Shown piece by piece: positions 57,297 through 64,000 of a stretch of 64,000 nt of DNA. Where the stretch lies: assembly GCF_009914755.1 (NCBI RefSeq), contig NC_060932.1. The stretch is one strand, 5' to 3'. Both the position numbers and the translations under genes were made by a program. A model generated the notes under the pieces. The model did no database searches. It worked only from the letters and a program-made list of their open reading frames with translations, and was not told the DNA's origin. Origin of the DNA: the human T2T-CHM13v2.0 reference genome, Homo sapiens. The first letter of the stretch is position 1. Each line of letters begins with the position of its first letter.

Positions 57297-58657
57297 TGTA
57301 TACAGAATTGGTGGGTTCTTGGTCTCGCTGACTTCAAGAATGAAGCCGCAGACCCTCGCCGTGAGTATTACAGTTCTTAAGGACGGTGTGTCCTGCGTTT
57401 GTTCCTTCAAATCTTCAGACATGTTCAGAGTTTCTGCCTTCTGGTGGGTTCGTGGTCTCACTGGCTTCATTCCCTTTGCGGTGAGTGTTACAGCTCAAAA
57501 AGACAGCACAGACCCAAAGGGTTACCAGCCCCTAGATTTATTGTGAAGAGTGAAAGAACACAGCTTCCACAGCTTGGAATGGGACACCACCCCAGTTGCT
57601 GCTCCTGGCTCGGGCAGCCTGCTTTTATTCCCTTATCCGACCCCACCCACATCCTGCTGATTGGTCCATTTTACAGAGAGCTGATTGGCCCGTTTTACAG
57701 AGAGCTGATTGGTCCATTTTACAGAGAGCTGATTGGTCTGTTTTTACAGGGTGCTGATTGGTACGTTTACAAACCTTGAGCTAGACACAGAGTGCTGATT
57801 GGTACATTTACAATCCTTTAGGTAGACACAAAAGTTCTCCAAGTCCCCACTAGATTAGCTAGACACAGAGCACTGATTGATGCATTTACAAACCTTGAGC
57901 TAGACACAGGGTGCTGATTGGTGCGTTTACAAACCTTCAGCTAGACACAGAGTGTTGATTGGTGCATTCAAAATCCTCTAGCTAGACATAAAAGTTCTCC
58001 AAGTCCCCACCCAATTCAGGAGCCAAGCTGGCTTCGCCTAGTGGATCCTGTGCTGGGGACATTGGGCAGAACTGCCCGCCAGTCCCGCACCGTGCACACA
58101 CACTCCTCGGCCCTTGGGCGGTCGATGGGACCGGGAGCCACAGAGCAGGAGGCTGCGCCTGTCGGGGAGGCTCAGGCTGCGTGGGAGCCCACGGGGTGGC
58201 AGGGGGAAGGCTTGGGCATGGCAGGCTTCAGGTCCCAAGCCCTGCCCTGCGGGGAGGCAGCTGAGGCCCGGCGAGAATTCAAGCATGGTTCAGGCTGGCT
58301 GGCAGTGCTGGGGGACCTGGTGCACCCTCTGCAGCTGCTGGCCTGGGTGCTAAGCCCATCACTGACCGGGCTGGTGGCACCGGCCGGCCACTCCGAGCGC
58401 GGGGCCCCTGAGCCCGCGTCCACCCGGAACTCGTGCTGGCCCACATGCGCCATGTGCAGCCTCGGTTCCTGCCTGCGCCTCTCCTTCCGTGCCTCCCCAC
58501 AAGCAGAGGGAGCTGGCTCTGGCCTTGGCCAGCCCAGAGAGGGGCTCCCACAGTGCAGCAGCAGGCTGAAGGGCTCCTCAAGCATGGCCAGAGTGGGCGC
58601 TGAGGCCGAGGAGGCACTGAGAGTGAGCGAGGGTTGCCAGCACGCTGTCACCTCTCA
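57297..58657 (-). mobile_element. Solo LTR12 (D/E-like, 1361 bp)
   Basis: TGAGAGGTGAC start at 58657, GC-rich U3, eight CCAAT boxes at 57655-57965, U5 ending ...ACA. TSD atat/gtat (3 of 4 match). Confidence 0.96.
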
Positions 58658-59055
58658 GTATCTTCCCACTCAATTCTTCCTCAGCTGGCTTCCAGATTAA
58701 TTGTTTTGAAGCACAGCTCTTTGGTCAACCATTTTCTCTAAACTCCTACTGAATGAAATCTAAACTCATCACTTTGACATTGAAGGCACTTCATCCCTGA
58801 TGCTAAGCCTGCATTTGTAATCATATTTCTGACTGTCCCTCACATGCCAAGCACCCATGAAACGTTGCTCATTGTATGCTATACCCCATTTCTAGAATCT
58901 CTGCTTTTGGTCCTGTTACCTATTTTCCTGATTCCTAGCTTTATTCAACTGTCAATGTCTAAGTTTTTCTACCCTTCAAGACACATCATATCACCTTTTT
59001 TGTTTTGTTTTGTTTTGTTTTCTAATAGGGATTATTACCTTCTGAAATTAACTTG

Positions 59056-59780
<725 letters not shown>

Positions 59781-62476
59781 CACAAAAATGAACTAAGACA
59801 CTTGTTCACCTATTATCCTGCATGGTTATAAGACCCTTTGTCTTTCCTCCTCTCCTGCCTTACCTAGACTATAAACTACAGAGGAACAAAAACTTAGCAC
59901 ATAATAGACATTCAGTAAATATGTGTTGAAATAATGAATGACTGAGTGATTTGCTACAACCTTCAAAAGGCTTTCTTAACCCATCAGACACAATTGCCTG
60001 AATTCCCACTCAATTTAATCTGTGCCTGCCTTTTGGGACCTAGCTCTAGATTCTCACAGTGTAGCGCTATTATCATCTCACCAGTCATTATTTCTAAGAG
60101 CGATCAAAAACCACACCCAAAAGTCAATAAAATAAATAGTTCTCCCCGTAACTAAAAATTAAAATGAACATAATTTTGATTGACCATGATGTTTTTCTAC
60201 CTATATTATCTCAATATTGCTGCTTACATAAAACTCTGTGACTTTAAAAAATATATAGCTTTGACATTAAAAAGAAACCGTAGCATTAGCCCATTAGCAC
60301 AAAAACTCATTTTCTTCTGCACCTCCATGAAAGTAAATTAAAAAACAAAGATTAAAACTGAAAGTATGCAAACCCTGCTATGTCTCATTTGCTGTGTTAA
60401 TCAAGGCTGCAGGAAGATGTTTCTGCTGTTATTAGCCTATGTTTTCATTTTCTGTTTCTGTCTATCTTGCTCTCTCATTCCTTGTATTCTATGCCACCCA
60501 TCCGAGCCTTTGATAATTTTTCAGGGTAAAAATTAATCTTATTCAAACATAAAACACTTCTGTGAATTGTAGTACAGTAACGGAATCATTGTAAAGCTAC
60601 ATAGAATAACTTGTTTTATTTTTACTTTTTATGAATTAAAAAATACATGTTACTATTTAGCAAATTTGCAGACTATATGCAAGTAACTACACTAGACAGT
60701 ACATACTAAGTGCCAAATCAGTAGCACTGGCAATGAATAGTTTAGTAGTGCTCTAATGATTGATTTCCAAATGAATCAGGCGTGAACTGATGCTGTAAAG
60801 TTCAGCAGAAAGAGAACTCTGACCTGTATTATTCTGAAAGAGACACCTCTGCCCTCACAAATCTTTTTAATTTACCTACATTTTTATCACATTTCAAAAT
60901 AATTCCCTGTTCATTTCCCTTTCTTCTCTTTATTTTGTCACAACTTTTGACTCATTGCTAAATTTTGTATTAGTATTAAATAAAATGTTTGTTATTGAAA
61001 CTGATATAAGAAATCCTGCAATGACTTAGCAGATCTGCTTGGGAAATTTCTTGCAGCAAAGGCAAGGCTACTACAAGCCATTTTTGCAGAGAGTGATTTT
61101 AGCAATCACTATTTAGAAGATAGCCATGGGATTTTTTTTTTTTCCAGAAAGGCTCGTATTGGTGCTCTAATTTATGTGACCATTTAAAAATATTGATTAT
61201 TGCCTAGTGGTGCTAGAGATACAAATGCAGAAATCAAGATTGAATTATGGATTAGTTCGTTGAATTTTTAGGCTGTGGATGCATATCTGCTTAATTAAAT
61301 AGAAGTCAAATATTCCTAAGTGAGACACTCTTTCAGCTTTGCCTATCAAAAAAATAAAAAGCAAAGATTTTTTTTTTTTTTTTTATGAGGAGGAAAAGTA
61401 GTATATAGTATACAGCCTTCAGATACTGGTCAGCCTCAGGCACAGAAACACCTCATGTAATTTGATGTACCCAGCTGAGTTACTATTGCTTGAGTTCCAC
61501 TTTTAGCTCTGCTGGGAATTGTCTTAGCACTTCCTGACGTACCTGAATAATGAGGTTGTTGCACCTGTGAAGTAATCATCACACAACTCACCACCACCCA
61601 TGGGATGCTCGGTGCAGCAGATGTGCCTGCTCATCATCGACTGGTGGGCTGTCCTCCTCCTTAGACCTCCAGCTTCTTCTCTTAAATGCAAACATGTTAT
61701 TTAATCAAATGAAGACTAACTTGGCAAACAGCATAAAATTCATCTGCACTTTCTTCAAATGAACACTGCATACAAATTTCCCCTCCTCCACTTTTCTGTT
61801 TAAAATGTGGAATGAGTATAAGAAGGTTATATCCATGGGCACTGGAGCTGCTCTGCTAAAGAGGAAAGGCATGGGAAAAAAGAAACTGACAGAAACACTT
61901 GTGTGTCAAAATCTTATCTGAAATGAGAATTCACAAATAATAAAGTCATTTTTCTTTTTCACCCTGAGAAAATGGCAACTTAGTTTAACATAGAGTGATA
62001 TAAAAATTTTCCTCTGGGTGCCAGGAAAACTTTCCACATATAAAATATATGTGTATATTGGAATGTTTTTGGACTCCAGGACATGAACAACTTCATTGTA
62101 AACTTAATTTTCACATGAGCACACATAGAAAATAGCGATAGCTCATGTTCACAACGATGACTTCAGTAGTTTTACAATAATTTCAATTTGTGTAATAGAT
62201 TTTGATTGTGGTGACTGTTAACCCATTCTGAATATCAGAAAATTGACTCATAATAATGCGTGGATGGTTTACGTAGTAGTTCTGAGTATTAAATATCTGA
62301 ATTCGCCTCCCCCATCCATTAAAATCTTCTTCTAATTGGAGAGGTTGGAAAGTTAAAAACTACATTTATTATGCTGCCTCACAACCATGGTTGTGGTTGC
62401 AAGTCAATTTCTACTTATTACACTCAATAGGATATTTGGAAGGTAAATTTGAGGGGAGGTCCCCTTCCCTTATCTC

Positions 62477-62632
62477 TAGGCTAGAGGTTATCCAAGTGTG
62501 GCCCTTGGACCATCTACAAACCATCACCTGGGAACATCTTAGAAGTACAAATTCTTGACCCCACTCCCAACCTACTAAATCAGAAATTGTCCAGCAATTG
62601 CTGGGTGGGTCCAACAATCTGTGTCTTAACAA
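62477..62632. mobile_element. MER5A-like hAT MITE
   Basis: 'caagtgtggcccttggacca...catcacctgggaac...cctactaaatcagaaa...caatctgtgtcttaacaa'. Confidence 0.8.
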
Positions 62633-63028
62633 ACAAATAACAAGATGGAGGACACTGGAGGTGTTCCTGCACAACATTCCATTCTCCATCTTCTGGGGTG
62701 ATGAGAAGCAGTCGCAGCAGTCACATCTTCTTGATCTGACTTTCTAATAGAAAAGGTAGGTACTCGTTTTCCTCTTGTTTTGAGTGTAAGAAACAACTGT
62801 ACCCCCCAACATTAGTATCTTTCATTCATCAGAGTCCTAGAAGCAGCCTCAAAGGAAAGAGATGCCCTAGTAAGTCACCAGAATTGTTCTGGAAGTCATT
62901 TGAGAAGGACCAACCTAGAACTTGCTTCTTCAATAGTCCTGTAATCTCATGCCTATATTAAGTACTTTCCACTTAACATATCTAGAATGGGATCTGTTTC
63001 CTATACCTGACCATGATTGAGACATTTG

Positions 63029-63652
63029 CTGTGACAATTTTAAAACATCGCCTCCAAATTCTTTGAAGCTTTCCCATTGTGTCCTGCCCTTGAATTTGGG
63101 CTCCATGATTGCTTGACTAATAAAATACAATAGAAGTGACACTGTGCTCAGGTTTTAAGAAATTGGCAGCTTCTGATTTTTGTCTCTTGGGAAACTAGCT
63201 CTTGTAACCTAGATTTCAGTCTGTGAGGAAGGGAAGACAGACAACAGCCAGTACTAACTCACCAATCATGTAAGTGAGCCATCTTGAAAGTACGTCCTCT
63301 AGCCTCAGTCACGCTGCCCCAGATGATGACACATCAAATAGAGATGAACCTTCCCTGCTTAGCTCTGCCCAAGTAGTAGACTCATAAGCATACATTTCCA
63401 AAAAAAAAAAAAATTGTTCAGTTAATAGCAAATGCCATCTTGCAGCTTAAGACATCTAATATTCCTTGATTTGCTTTTCTATTACCCTTAATGCCAGGAT
63501 TTTGTAATGAACATCACACTTGAATAAGCTGCAACTATTTGAATGTGAAAATCGGTCTCTCTTAGTTGGGCAAAGACATCATAAGACCTTGCTGTTGTGT
63601 TAAGCCAGTAGGTTTTGGCATGGTCTGTTATGGAGCAACAGATACCTGGAAC
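63029..63652. mobile_element. MLT1-type MaLR LTR fragments
   Basis: 'cctgcccttgaatttgggc...agaagtgacactgtg', 'gtgagccatcttgaaag', and the terminal 'taagccagtaggttttggcatggtctgttatggagcaacagatacctggaaca'. Confidence 0.65.
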
Positions 63653-64000
63653 ATTTTCTAAACCTAAATATGTGTAGAATAAGAACGAAGATGTGAAATC
63701 TGGGCTAAAGCATTGTCTTAGTTTGGGCTCCCCTAAAGTGGACCAACATGTGAGCTGGTAGGGGTATGTAGTTAGGAACATGGTAGAAGGGGATTTTAAA
63801 GACAAGAGACCCTTCCATAAGCTTTTGCACCACATCGCAGAACCAGTTCTAATATTTTCCCGAAGCCTGGTTACTTAGTAATGCCATGTTTTCTGCCACA
63901 AAGGCAACTGTGTAATAGAGGGAGTGTTTGATTTTCTTTCCCCCACTTTTAGTTTATTTAAGTGTGAATGTCCATAACAAAACCCTGGAATTAGGGATAA

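Noticed and set aside
58038-58700. Overlapping 80-219 aa ORFs on both strands (also 22555-22936 and 30141-30604)
   Set aside because: Stop-poor GC-rich LTR12 U3 sequence with no domain similarity.

Overview
This window is primate (human or great-ape-like) genomic DNA, AT-rich and dominated by interspersed repeats. I recognise no host protein-coding exon or RNA gene; nearly all long ORFs in the track derive from LINE-1, ERV, LTR or Alu sequence. The main elements are: a near full-length L1PA3-like LINE-1 on the minus strand (10328-15693, with an internal ORF2 deletion and no poly(A)); a twin-primed older L1PA (20744-22310) fused directly to a defective HERV9/LTR12 provirus (22320-30546, minus); a second twin-primed L1 with a nested Alu; solo LTRs (LTR7, MLT2A2, LTR12, two MST, MER54-like); six Alus; hAT DNA transposons; and L2/MIR debris. 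I found no convincing new biological system. The best leads are: (1) a 132-codon ORF resembling a pre-mammalian L1/Tx1-type ORF2 segment (19874-20272); (2) an open L1 ORF0 that reads into unique flank; (3) deletion junctions carrying templated inverted or direct repeats; (4) two Alus inserted at the same L1 position; (5) a possible promoter with minus-strand exons near 32.3-33.0 kb. Subfamily names come from recalled consensus sequences and need RepeatMasker/Dfam confirmation.
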